DNA of 59,493 bases, counting the filler. It is 3 parts of 3 records of this genome, joined end to end, with 100 filler letters (N's around TTAATTAATTAA, not from the genome) between each part and the next. Parts side by side here need not be neighbours in the genome. Positions count along the whole stretch, not along the records: positions 1 to 25,920 come from SRR20825019_2500; positions 26,021 to 44,731 come from SRR20825019_2537; 1 more part is not named here. One strand, 5' to 3'. How positions within the stretch are numbered: the stretch's first letter is position 1; each line of letters begins with the position of its first letter. The notes under the pieces are model-generated. The model saw only the letters and a program-made list of their open reading frames with translations. It had not been told where the DNA came from and ran no database searches. Below are positions 23,401-34,557 of this stretch, in pieces. Both the position numbers and the translations under genes were made by a program.

Positions 23401-24766
23401 GCAAGGAATATTGCAACTTCCCAGAAAAGACCTCTGGAGGTATCACGCGAAGCTTCGACTGGAAACCAAATATTCGACGAAGGGGTATCATCCGCAGTTC
23501 CACAGGCAGGGACGCTATCCCTGATTCATGGAACTGCAACTGTTTCAAAGAAGCCAACTGGCCTACTTCTTTGGGGAAAGATTTCAAATTTACACACCTG
23601 CGGACTGTCAATCTAGTTAGGCTCTTCAGATTCTCTATTCCTTTGGGCAGTTCGGATAGGGGGTTGTTCGATACGGCCAACATTTTCAAATTCTCACCTC
23701 CAGTCCCAAAATCAGCAGGAAGATGTCCAATGTTATTGTTAGATAATCGTAGAGTGTCCAATGAAGGTGGAACCTCTAATGAGGTTATATTTCCGATGTT
23801 ATTATTGTTGAAGTAGACCTGCCTTAACCTTGGAGCATGTTTAAACGACGGCGGAATATCGGTGAGGCGATTGCCCTTCACGCTTAATTCCGTCAAATTC
23901 GGCAATTCAAAGATGTAGTCCGGCAAGTGCGTGAGGCGATTGTTTCCCAATCTCAGCCTTCTCAATGGGAGCTTCGCCATACGAGGCGTCAGCTCTTCCA
24001 GGCCCACATCATTCGCAGTTATCATCGATAACCGTTCCAGGCTGCCAATTTCGTCCGGCATCTTCCTAAGTGAACCCGGAAAATCAATCCTAGTAACCCA
24101 TCCCCGACCACCTTCTGCGCAATGGATGCCTTGCCACTTGCAGGGGTCATCGCCCTTCCAAACCTGATTAGGCCATTCCATGCCCTGACCAAGTATTGAC
24201 TGTCTCATATTCTTCAGGGCAGTCGTCTCATCACGTATGCTCCGCTTTGACAGATTTTGAAGCTCGCGTTTAAGCCTCTTCCTTGCCATTGAGTCGACCA
24301 ATGCTTCTCTATATCTTTTCATCCGCATCGACTTCATTCTGTATTCGATGTACTTTTTCTTTGCAAGTTTGATCTCGCTGGCAGTTTTGTCAATGCCCCA
24401 TTCTTCAATATCAGAACGATTGAAGCCTTGTCTAGACCAAGACTGCAGCTGGACTGGCGGTATATACTCTTCCAGGTTCGTAGTGGGAGGTGAAGCAGCA
24501 CTATTTTGAACGCACTTGCCAGGCTCTCGCTTTTCCAACTCCTTCTGCAACTCAGCGACCTGCCGCCTCAGTGCTTCGACCTCGGGATCCTCCTTATTCT
24601 CATAAACCTGAACTCTTGTAGCTCGCTTGGAGACGGGTCTAAAAGGCGCGGATATCCCGGGTCTTTTAGGGAGTGTGTTTAATGATGCAAGGGTCCACCC
24701 CAACAATAGTATAAACAAGAACAGTAGGAGCGGCGCCCCTTGGCGACTAAAGGCCCCCCTGGCCAT
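20459..24766 (-). CDS. LRR, cysteine-rich, multi-pass membrane receptor-like protein (intronless, ~1435 aa)
   Basis: N-terminal hydrophobic segment, LRR N-cap WKGDDPCKWQGIHC and roughly 20 or more LxxLxLxxNxLxxLP repeats. These are followed by CxC..GFY and CxxGHYGPLCSLC modules and a C-terminal multi-TM domain (FKCR..YVSADLSLECY..WWDAVEMGRKL). First ATG is at 24766. Confidence 0.88.
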   Translation of the reverse strand: MARGAFSRQGAPLLLFLFILLLGWTLASLNTLPKRPGISAPFRPVSKRATRVQVYENKEDPEVEALRRQVAELQKELEKREPGKCVQNSAASPPTTNLEEYIPPVQLQSWSRQGFNRSDIEEWGIDKTASEIKLAKKKYIEYRMKSMRMKRYREALVDSMARKRLKRELQNLSKRSIRDETTALKNMRQSILGQGMEWPNQVWKGDDPCKWQGIHCAEGGRGWVTRIDFPGSLRKMPDEIGSLERLSMITANDVGLEELTPRMAKLPLRRLRLGNNRLTHLPDYIFELPNLTELSVKGNRLTDIPPSFKHAPRLRQVYFNNNNIGNITSLEVPPSLDTLRLSNNNIGHLPADFGTGGENLKMLAVSNNPLSELPKGIENLKSLTRLTVRRCVNLKSFPKEVGQLASLKQLQFHESGIASLPVELRMIPLRRIFGFQSKLRVIPPEVFSGKLQYSLREFNCLGCPIEEVPQTLGNLVSLNNLNLHSTGLKELPPLSGLRKLEDLNLRQNQFVKLPEGMETLTNLRYLEVSSNPLEELPDVFGLMHKLEVLKVSATLIQKLPRSVGRLHSLQYLDAVACLLTELPNDIGLMRSLLSLNVGENHISKIPASLGDLPLLSHLEIDGNSLEVLENLPYGSIQEVIARKNPRLRRMEWARSPKLTRIDLSYCALEEVPPELSLSHELKTINFSHNRIRRFLPSLNGMPHLEMLTLNNNQMESFRLFDDVMTAPNGLRWVDLKHIELFSNKISSGVTAESIAKLFELTGQNGISLSIEDNSIRGAYDNTTLIEPFPVSSEVWMDMATLGSVTNIGEMLRSGQSISELSYSSRPSEQVEQVAMKLLASKERLEWSPSHSSRGFGSIQCSTLSTSFNTRILRLRECHCAAGFYHLAQSRTGEIRDAGECLKCVNDARCHHNVIECYAGFYLDFVDGLPTCKLCPDGARCTNNGVVARPGYWQASQGTDRVFSCPLSSSCLGGATASNSTTCTEGHYGPLCSLCRFNYYRDSYGVCSSCPSLATSIMYAFSMVMGVLGVLFALAFLGDGKVRGMTARHDSADMYHNVDLTGSVSEGASMMRILVGFLQVMTVFPAVYQVDWEALNALTELFRWINFDFLSASSLECVWEHITIFNSSAEEAHDRVLAVYTFYENMFLMALMPILISTLCAMFGCMYSAGHRLIKPIAGVTKGAVNRFMFRVILLTALLAYLPVSNTVFQFFKCRSFDGGATSYVSADLSLECYDARWMLYLPVALTILLFYTIGLPAVILLVLVPKSRGYFTIYDGDEKTYWWSKIHWLIEMTARTFSVYKKKYMWWDAVEMGRKLLITAVALHFAEAGAAQVAIALCICFGAVVLHLVTLPFESRLLNSMQLTQLVLIYLSLSIGVLKSLHIPAESRRTVINVILVIDGIFILVGFVKISHLLVLTGIRLGSFKKVQQKVMSHV

Positions 24767-25895
24767 TAGGACCTCCACAGCACCCCCACAGCGGCCTCAG
24801 ACAGACACAATCGGAGGTGCCACGTGCATATATGACTTTATGGGCAGCTGAACGAAGATAAGAAGACTCTAACGGTCACAGTCACAAGAAGGCAACTTCA
24901 AGAGCGATACACTACCGGCCGGAAGCCGGCTAGTGGAGGGTCTCGCCGTCCGCCGGCTGGGGGCCCCCGCCGGGCCCGGCCGCTGCCGGTCACCCGGCGC
25001 GCCGGGCCGCGGCGGGGCCGGCCGGCGTGCCGCCCCGCGAGGCGGCGGCGCCCCGCCGCGGCCCCGCCCCCGTCACGACGCTACGTGGCCGCCCTTTTGG
25101 CTGCCGCTGCCGTAGTGGCCGGCCGGGCTCGGCGACTGGCTCGGCGCGGCTCCCGTCAACTCATGGCGGCTGGGTGCGACTTCTGACCGAGCAGCGTAGC
25201 GGGCGGAGTCACGAAAAAGCACAAGTACTTACTCACATACTACACACTCGAGAATTACGAAATTTGATTCGGTTGGCCTCATAATTGTTTTGGGAATCAA
25301 AAAAGATTCAATGGGAATCTTCTTTTCCGACCGGCGGCTAATCAAGGGGCACTGGTCCGCTCAGTCACCGTGACCGGCACGACTCGCCGGGCGGCGCCGC
25401 CCGGCCGGCCGCGGCCGCGGCCGGCCCGCGCCCGTGACGCCGGCCGACCCCGGTCCGGCTGGCTGGTCACTGAAGCATGGGGGCCGGGGCCTCGGACAAT
25501 GAATGGTCCCGCCTCGGGCGTCCGCAAGCCGGGTGGGATCCCGGCGGCCGGCGAGGGCACGGCCGGATCCGCCGGACGGCCGCCGCCCCCCGGCGTGCGA
25601 CCGCGTGGCGAGGTCGGCGCCCGCGCCGAGCGCGCGCCCGCCAACGGCCCGTCGCCGCGCCAGTCGGGCCCGAGGGCCTCGCCATCGGCCGCCTCGGTCA
25701 CCGGCCCGCCGCCACGCGGTAGGTTTCCCCTCTCGTAGCCCCGCTGGCTGGCGCCAACTAATAGGGAAGCTCATCTGCAAAACCTCGAATTGGCCGAGAA
25801 ACTGGCCGAGCTATTGGTTTGAGCATGGGTCGGCGGTGCGGCATGCCAGTTCACTGGAGATGCAACAGGCCTAGAAGCCAGAATCCTTTTTGTCC
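24767..25895. promoter_or_regulatory. Putative promoter region upstream of the LRR gene (GC arms ~24915-25210 and ~25335-25755, AT core ~25212-25330)
   Basis: Same tripartite pattern. The core contains ATTACGAAATT. Confidence 0.5.
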
Positions 25896-25920
25896 GGGGG
25901 GGGGGGGGGGGGGGGGGGGG
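25896..25920. repeat. poly(G) homopolymer at contig 1 right end
   Basis: 25 consecutive G immediately before the N spacer. Confidence 0.95.
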
Positions 25921-26020
25921 NNNNNNNNNNNNNNNNNNNNNNNNNNNNNNNNNNNNNNNNNNNNTTAATTAATTAANNNNNNNNNNNNNNNNNNNNNNNN
26001 NNNNNNNNNNNNNNNNNNNN
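25921..26020. other. Artificial contig-joining spacer (N44-TTAATTAATTAA-N44)
   Basis: 100-nt spacer carrying stop codons in all six frames. An identical copy is at 44732-44831. Confidence 0.97.
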
Positions 26021-26425
26021 GCTCTCAGACTCGCTCTCAGACTCGCTCTCGGATTGGGCATAAGACTTAGCATACTCTTGCAAATCAATGGAGTCGACAG
26101 CGCTTCCCTTGCTCTTCACAATACGGGCTCTCTTCATCATAACCTTCACTTCAAGATCACTCTTTACCTTCCACAGGCGTTTCACTTGTCTCGCCCAGTA
26201 ACTGATGTCTTCACGATCATAGTCAAGATCATCAGAAATGCCATCGTCAAGAACGCCAACAACAGAGCTGAACTCCTGCTTTAAAGAAGTACGGCCGTGA
26301 AAGTCTGGGAAGTGGTCTTCCACATCAGGTTCTTTTTCAGACATCACCTTTGTAGCGTTCGTTACAGCCAAGGCGCACAAGAGTAGAAGTGCACCTTGGC
26401 ACAACCGCACGGCACGACTGGTCAT
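26021..26425 (-). CDS. Secreted protein of unknown function with (SE)n repeat, 3'-truncated by the contig end
   Basis: Signal-peptide-like MTSRAVRLCQGALLLLCALAVTNA. The frame stays open into GCTCTCAGACTC tandem repeats encoding SESESE at the contig edge. Confidence 0.7.
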
Positions 26426-27123
26426 GTTTATGACCCCACCGTAGCAATTTGTGCACGACTAGGCTGAGAGTCTATGCAAACACTGCACTAAATATAGGGT
26501 TCTAAACGTTGCAGTATACGCTCATGGGTCAGGAGGGCTTGGCCACCTCTGATAACTCCGCAACGCGGACCCGTAGTGAATACCTAGACTGGACGCGGCG
26601 CCTCGGGCTCCGAATGGGCGGTGCCGGCGGCTTCGGGTGGGCATCATTCTCGAGTTGCGCCGGCCGGCGTATCTGGGGGACTCGGGGTGCCGTCAGAGGA
26701 GTATGGCCGCGGGCGCGCCGCGCCGCCTTGGGCCCGAACGCCGAGGCCTGCAGTGACTGACTATCAGCGAGTGATGGGGCCCGCCGTGGGGGCGTGATCT
26801 TGGAAGATCTCACTCCTACACAACGTAGTCCAAATTGGTCCGGTTAGCACTAGTAATTTCACTAATAATTTATCGGCAAAATATTGACTGGACTTCAATG
26901 TTCCACTGATCACGACTGAGCCTCGCATAGACCCTCCTCCAAATCAGTGCCAGAGAACGCTTGGCTGCTTGCCGTCCCTCCCGTTCAAGGCACCCAAGTA
27001 CAGTAGGCCCCAGTTCATATATGCAACCCTTTGCATTTAAGGTGCCACAAGGGACTCTGCCGGCTGTGCATAACTCCCGCGACGCTTCCAGTAGGCCTTA
27101 GAGGGACATCTGAGACTGCAACG

Positions 27124-30069
27124 ATGCGGTTGGGCCCGCGTTACGCTGGGTTGGTGGTGGCTTTTGCGGCGGCGGCTGTCTTGTTTGCCGGGTTCGCGAG
27201 TGCAGATGGTGCGGAGAAATCAAGCCTCTCAGACCCAGACTATGGCCAGCCTCTCCAAAATATGTGGACCAACTACTACTTGGATGTTGCTGGGGACAGG
27301 GTTGTGAGGGAGCGCAAGGGGGGCAACGTGTTGGTTTGGAACCGAATTAGTGACAGGGATACTCAAGATTGGGTTTTCAAAGATAGCGGGTACATCACAA
27401 CTAGAGAAAATGCCTGCCTTACTCTATCCAGAGGGGCAAAGGACCGCCGTGGCGGTAACGTGGTTATTGCCCCGTGCACTGGTGTGAATATGCAGAAGTG
27501 GGAGCGGGCACAGGGTGGGACCATTAAGAACAAGCACAATAACCAGTGCCTTGACATTTCCGGGGCCCTTTCTGGCCAGAAGGGCTCGAACGTGTTCACG
27601 TGGACATGCGATGGGTCCAACAGGCAGAGATGGGGTAAGTTGTTGATACCTTAGGCCTGTGTTTGTCCCTAATTGAGAGACAGCCTGCAAACGATCTTGT
27701 CTTCATGGTGGCTCGCTACAAGACGACAAGTGCAGATGCAAATGCACCGATTACTGGCAAGGTCACAGATGCGAGAGTGAGTGGTCTTGCTGTAAATTGA
27801 CTTGGGTTGTTATGCCTGACGTATTTTTCTTCAGAGTGCACCATAAATTGTGAGAATGGGGGCCGCAGGAAGGACAAGAATTGCTCCTGCGAGTGCGATT
27901 CTCCTTGGACTGGAAAGCATTGCTCCGAGTGTACCCGACAGTGCTTGAATGGAGGGGTCCTTAACGAGAAAACATGCACATGCACATGCCAGAACCCTTG
28001 GATTGGAATAACATGCGAGAGTAGGAGCGCCTGTTCTTGGGGTGATATCGGGGCTAATATGTGCTTTCCCAGAATGCAACAGAAGCTGTAGTAACGGCGG
28101 TACACTTGATGAACGGACCTGCAAGTGCACCTGTAAGAAATACTGGCAGGGAGATGAGTGCCGCGACAAGAAGTACGAAACAGAGGAGGTAGACGGAAGG
28201 GACAATTCGGATGCTATTTCTTGGATTGTTCGTTATATCGATCAACAGAGGACCAAATGTCAGCCGGAGGGACTCCCTCCTTTAGGAGACTACGAAAAAA
28301 TATCTCTGCGTGTTCATAGGGACTTGAAGTACCAGGTTCATAGCTATAAGCTTCTCTTCCTTGTGTCGACAACCGAGGTGCATGTCCACTTCTCCACTGC
28401 CTCTGACTCGGGAAGCGCCTTGACTGTGCACTCAATCTCGCCAGATCCTTGCCATATGGTCGCTGATGCTGGTGAATACGTCGAGCAATCCAAGGAGGAC
28501 ATCCAGGCGGGTTCTATTCCGCAGGCGGTGGAATTCATCATGAAGGAGCTGAATGCGAAGCGCCGTGCCTGTGAGCTCCCAGACTTGGGAGAATACACTA
28601 TAGACTCTGTTCAGACGAAGGTGGTCCAGGGAGTGATGTTCTATGTCGAAGTGACCTTCTCTGGGGAAAAGAAAGCCAGTATCGTGCTTACGGAAAATAT
28701 TCACGGGGTCAAGAAGATTGATTCCGTTAGCCCACCGGCCTGCAAGATTGGATCTGAGCTCACGCAAATAGTTGCTTCAAGTGACCCGAACCAGGTAGTT
28801 CGCCTCATAGAAGAGGATGAAGAGGTCTCTGGTTCGCACTGGTCGGTCGCGCGGGGTAGTACGATGGGATGGGAGGGGTCGAATGATCTAGAGTTTTTGG
28901 AGACATCATCCAAGGTTGAGAAAGAGTTGAAGAATGAACAGATTATTCCTCCAGTATTTGATGCTCGTTCGTATTGGAACGAGTGTTGGAGTTCATATGA
29001 TGTAGCCGAGCAAGGGAGGTGCGCCGCTAGCTATGCTTTCGCCACAACCACCGCCCTCTCTCACCGTCTATGTGTGAAATCACACGGAGTCAAGAATACG
29101 ATCCTGTCTGCAAGACAGGCAATGGATTGCAACCGTGATTTCCGAGTGGGCCAGCAACAATTCCAGATTGGTTGCGACGGAGGCTCTGTTCTGGAGGCTT
29201 TCAAGTACTACATCCAAAAACATGGAGCTGTGTCCGCGGAATGCTTTCCTTATTTCAAAGAAGACTATGAGAAGAGCGCGGCCAAGCAGATCAATCCCAA
29301 CGGGATCACGGAGGGCTCTCTCGCTATTTGCCCGATGCATAAGCTTGACTCCTGCGTACAATATGAGGTCGACCCTCACACACTGACCATTGCACCACGC
29401 CTCGATGTGGATGCTATCAAGCGCGGTATTATGGATGGAGGGGCGGTGGTATCATCTGTTCATGTAGATGAGGATAGCAGCTTTGTGTTGCTGCGGGATC
29501 AAGTTTATTCGTCGAGCTTCGACAAGGCCAACGAGCACTCGTTTGGAGAACAGGCTGTGGTGATTGTAGGGTGGGACCGGGAGCCAAATAACGGTACCGA
29601 GTATTGGATCGTGGAAAACTCGTGGGGTTACGATTGGGGCGAGCACGGCTACGGAAAGGTTGCATTGGGCGTGAACACGGGAGGGATCGAAGAGAAAGTA
29701 ATCTGGGCGGACATGGCATTGGACAAACGATGCTCGAAACATTGTTTCAATGGCGGTGTTAGGGATCCTTCCACATGTAACTGCCGCTGCACTCCTGGCT
29801 GGGGCGGAGATGACTGTAAGACGCCCTCGGATTGTCCCTGCAGCATCTGCGGGCCCGGGTATGAGTGCGGTGGTCAGGGAGACTGCCCAACCACCATGAA
29901 CTGGTGCCGAGTAGGTTCTGATGGGAAGATGATGTTCTTGTCCGAGGATGAAAGCGTCGGGTCAGTATTGGATGTGACCGAAGGACTCACCAAGGCTGAG
30001 CGTGGCCTTCGAGGCTCAAAGTTTGTCAAGAACTGCGCCTCGGGATACTCTGTGTGCCTGCTCAAATAA
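27124..30069 (+). CDS. Secreted multidomain protein: ricin-B lectin, 4 EGF-like repeats, 2 cystatin-like domains, inactive papain (C1A) domain, EGF/Cys-rich tail (4 exons)
   Basis: Signal peptide, QDW/QKW/QRW ricin repeats and CxxxCxNGG..CxCxC..WxGxxC repeats joined by three GT-AG introns. Also TKVVQG (QVVAG-like), IPPVFDARSYW, QGRCAASYAF, GCDGG and AVVIVGW..YWIVENSWGYDWGEHGY. Confidence 0.85.
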
Positions 30070-30142
30070 ACACCTGACTGGTCGTCGCAAACCTGTGAAC
30101 AATAATTCATAATATTTTTATAACTACTTAATTATCGTGTTT

Positions 30143-33100
30143 CTAGGTTAGGTTGAAATTATTTCGAGCCATCTGATTCTGGGTGCTCACTTGGTTGAAC
30201 CCTGAGGGACCCTCGCGGGTAACCAAGCGGACATTGACCTTCTTTCCATTCGCCAAACTCGTTTTCAACTGTAGCATCTGCTGCTCATAAGTCTGCAGTT
30301 GCATGTCTCTTTTCTTGAGCATCGTCTCGTACTTCTTCACGGTAGTCCGCAAGCGTGCCAGCTCCTGCGGCATCATTCGTGGGTCCAGCCGCACCCCTCC
30401 ACGATTGCTATCCTTGGAAGCGTCAGTAGATGACTCTTCCTGTGGCTGCTGGGGCATTGGGTCACAGCCCCTATCTGCCTTTGGTACAATTATAGGAGCG
30501 GCAGGAACTGGGATAACAGGCCCCGGACCAGCATATCCTGCCCTCACCCTCTGCAACTCTGCCTGAAGGTTTTGAACCACACTGTTGTACCGAGCAGAGT
30601 CTTGTTGAATCTTCCCTTGAAGCTTACTATTCTCTTCCTTCACGTGCCGGGCCTGCACTGTGGCCCTCACATGCTCTTCGAGCAAAGCCATCACTGCACT
30701 CTCCAGCGGCTTCATCCGACTCACCAACGACTCCGCAACCCTATTCTGCTGGAAAGCCGTTTTCCATATTTCACCAAACTTATCCCCTGTCGGGGCGTTA
30801 GGTGCGGTGGAGGCCTTGGCTTGTCGATTCGGATTCGATTCGGATTTGGGAACGTAGTCTCCTACCAGGGAAAGAATCTTTTCCACCCTATCAGCCAAGC
30901 CATTCATCACTACGGTGGGCACCGTGAGGCTGCCATGATCGGCGTTCTTGGGAGCGGCCGGAGACTTGGGCGCGGCCTGAACACGGCTCTGCGCAAGCTT
31001 TTGGTTCATAGCAACCGCATCAGCTTTTGCGGCCATGATGTCTTTGTTGGCCATCGCAAGAGCAGTATCTTTCTGCCCGATCATCGCCTTGGCCGCTTCA
31101 AGTTCTTTAGAAAGCTTCTGGCATGTAGCCTGCGTTGCCTCATGGCTGGCAACTTCAGCGTTGTATTGCGATTCCATTGCAACCAAATCAGCGTATGCTT
31201 GAGAATAATCAGCGTTCTTGGACTGGCTCGTTTCCATTCCAGCCAGGGTGTCTTCAAATACTACATTCACCCTTTCCAATTGGCAGTCGGACACTCGTCT
31301 CTTCTTCATCTCTTCCTCTAAACGAAGCTGGGTATCTGCATGTGCGTTGAGTTCCCTTTCATACCGCTTCTGCAACTCATCGATCTTCCGCGCAGCCTCA
31401 GTCTCATGTATTCCTGAGCGGCTCACCGCCACCCTTGAAACGAGCGAGCCCAGCCCCTCACACACCGACTCTACCTGCATCCTGACTGACATTACATCTG
31501 CAGCGACCGACGCCTCATCCGCGAGCCGAGAGCGCAAGTCAGAGCACTGTTTGCTCAAGTGGTCATTTTCGGCACTGGACTTATCCGCGATCTTCTCTCG
31601 GAGAGTTTGTGTCTCTATTTTCGCCTTGGCCGCCTCATCTTGAGCACTCTTCAGCTCGTCGCCCATTCTCCTCTCCAGCCCCAATCGCATTTCTCTCTCC
31701 GCGGCAGTTACAGCAGTCGCCGTCTCCACGCGTGCTTGCAGAGTGCAAATCTCGTCCTCAGAAACAGCTAGCTTCCGTTGCATTGTTGCCAATTCTGACT
31801 CCAATCCTGGGATTAGCGCTGCCTTCGATGCTTGATCACTAGCTCGGCTGCGGAGCTCACTATTTGCTTCCTGGATGCGTCTGACCTCTTCAGACATATG
31901 AGCTAGAGTCTCCTGCAGCTCCACCACTGTGGCTCTTGACGACTCAGCATCTTTCTGGGCAGCCAGCATGAGGCTCTCGTTTTCAGCACTTGCCTTCACA
32001 GCGGCTTCCTTCGCTTTAATCTCATCCTGCAGCCTTGCCTCGGTTGCCTCCAAATTCGACCGAACCACTGAAATATCATCATTTTTCGCCTCAACAGATT
32101 TCAGGGCACCATTCAGTTTGCCTTGGGCCGTGTCCAATTCAATCTTAATCGAGCTAAGCTCCAGGCTTGTCTCCTCCAAGCGCTTCGACTTTTCCTCGAC
32201 TTCTTCCTTTGCTTTCCTGAATTCCACTAGCTCAGCGCGGCTGTCCTCAAGATCACGGGTTGTCTGCGCGAGGGCAGCTGCCTTCTCTTGTAATGACTTC
32301 AATTTCTCCTCCCCCTCACTCTTTACATTTTGGATGCGCGATTCCCATTCACCCCTCTCCGCATCAATGTTCTCCGCCACACTTATAAGCTCCTGCTTCT
32401 CAAGCCGAAGATTCAAAATCTCTTGTGCTTGCATGGAGATTGCCCTTTGAAGATCGACAAATGCCTGCCTCTTTTCAAGAACGTAGTCGCCAAGATCATC
32501 CTCGGCATCTCCAGTTTCTTCGCCGTTCATTTTTAACACAGTCTGGCGAAGCACCTGATTCTCCTCGAGCGTCCGTTCAAGAGCATCTTTCATCTTCGAC
32601 ACATCATTTTCCACACTTTCAACATATTTCTGTGTCTCGCTTAAAGTACGACGTCGCCTTCCTAACATCTTGATTAGATTGTAGCTTTCCCGAGACATTC
32701 CGACATTGTTCGCAGGACTGAACTCCGGTGACGACATCTCTTCCGCACGGGTGCCAAACGCGCGCGGAGGTGTCCTCAGACCGTCACTCTTATCCGACTC
32801 GCCAATGGAGCTCGTTGATTCATCGGCTGCTACATCGCTGCCACTCTTGTCGGTGGAAACGGTGTGCCGCATGTCCGAAATCTGGTGCAAGATTTCATTT
32901 TTCATTCCGTCAATCTTGGCCGAGTGCTCAGCATGTACTGATTCAATATCTTGATCTTCCCAGGTCAATGATTTCTTTTTCTTTAGAACGGATACAGGTG
33001 CCTTCTTGATATCCTTCTCATCAGGGGCAGCAAAGTGGTCATCTACTGGTGTGACCCGCGATAGTGAATCGTCCAAGAAGCGACCAGACTTATCTAGCTC

Positions 33101-34557
33101 CTTTTGAACTCCTGTTAGGAATTGCTCCCAGGAGCCGTCAGATCCAGCATCCGACGAGGACTCTTCCACAACCTTGCACTCAATATCGTCATCACTCTGT
33201 TGTTGTGATGCCACCTTTCCTGCTTTCAATGTCTCAATCTCCGTTTCTAGCTGAATGATTTTCATTTCTAATTTCTCACACAAGATTTTGTAGTCAATGT
33301 CCTCATTCAACTTTGCTCGTATCCTCACATTCTTCGCTCTTTGCCCGAATCTCAACGATGATATTGTTTCAGAAATACATGTGCCAAGAGAGTTCACAGT
33401 AACCACAAGGGAAGTCTTGGCATTACCTCCAAGTGAATCTTGGAGCATTCGGGTAAGCGTGGAATCTCTGAAAGGAATATGTGTCTTTCTCTTGTCAGTC
33501 AATGCATTGATGCAGTTTCCTAATGCAGAGAGCGACAGGTTGATGGCGGATGCTTCCGACAGGCGAGTGCCCTCAGCCCCTGATTTCTTGATCCTTTCAC
33601 TCCCCGCAAGATCGAATATCATGAGCTTCCCGTGGCGCTTGAAATCATTTGCGTTCGCATCCACACTCACTCGATCAACATTCACAATAAGGCAAGCATG
33701 GCTTCGGCTCGACTGGGCATTCATCTTGGTCATAGCAGTCACTCGGTTCTTGCTACCATCCAAAAGCAAATTCAAGCAATCTTCTACACTTGTGATTGGT
33801 ATAGTACACACCCCACTGAGGAACAAGCCTCGCTCTGGATCCTCCCTAACGATAATATTCTGTGTTTGGGGACGAAATAAGTCAAGGATGGTTTCCATAT
33901 AAATCTGCACATATGATATTGATACAGTGTAGGCGTGCTCCTCTGAATAGCCTCAATTAGCCCAAAACATACACTGTGCAGAAAACTTACTATCCGAAAC
34001 TATTTGAGAGAATATGTGGCTGACCGCCTGAGGAATAATACCGTCGAACTTGCTGGAAGATACATCGGTTTCGTTTTCCTGACTGTGGGTCAGCTATCAA
34101 CCCAATCCGACCCCAAAGGTATAGCATTACATTTCCGAGAATGGTATACGTCTTTCCAGTTCCAGTTTGCCCATATGCAAATATTGTCCCGTTGTATCCT
34201 CTCAACACGTCGTCCACTACCCACCGACCAACCCGATCGTAGACAGCGTCTTGTTGTGCACTAGGCTCAAAAACGCCATCGAACTGGTAAGACTTTGGAA
34301 AAGGCAGTTTGTCTGTAGGATTGATCTGGAGTTTGAATTAGGTCGCTGCGCTAGAGTCGGCACACAATACCTACGCTAACGCTTCCATCTTCACTATCAT
34401 ATGAAAGAGCATCTCTTACAATGAAACTGTCGGACCGGGCTGGGGAAGAGAACCTTCGGTTGGGAGTAGATGCTGCTGCCTCTTTCTCGACCTCTCCCGG
34501 CAAGTATGGTCGCGGGCGCACAAACACCTGAACTCTATTCCTTTCTTGCTCTGCCAT
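30143..34557 (-). CDS. Kinesin with N-terminal motor and long coiled-coil stalk, multi-exon
   Basis: [63 protein letters not shown] and [23 protein letters not shown]. Confidence 0.95.

Noticed and set aside
24900..25880. Many overlapping Arg/Pro/Gly/Ala-rich ORFs in GC-rich gaps (also ~3.8-4.4, 12.0-12.4, 37.4-37.8, 40.2-40.7 and 42.5-43.6 kb)
   Set aside because: Stop-codon scarcity in very GC-rich DNA explains them, and they have no protein-like composition or motifs.
25965..25976. TTAATTAATTAA palindrome as a biological site
   Set aside because: It is centred in N runs and repeated identically at 44776-44787, so it is a synthetic six-frame stop linker.
26021..26053. GCTCTCAGACTC tandem repeat at a contig end as a telomere or CRISPR
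   Set aside because: It is in frame with the upstream ORF and encodes (SE)n, and there are no spacers. It is simply a repeat-induced assembly break.
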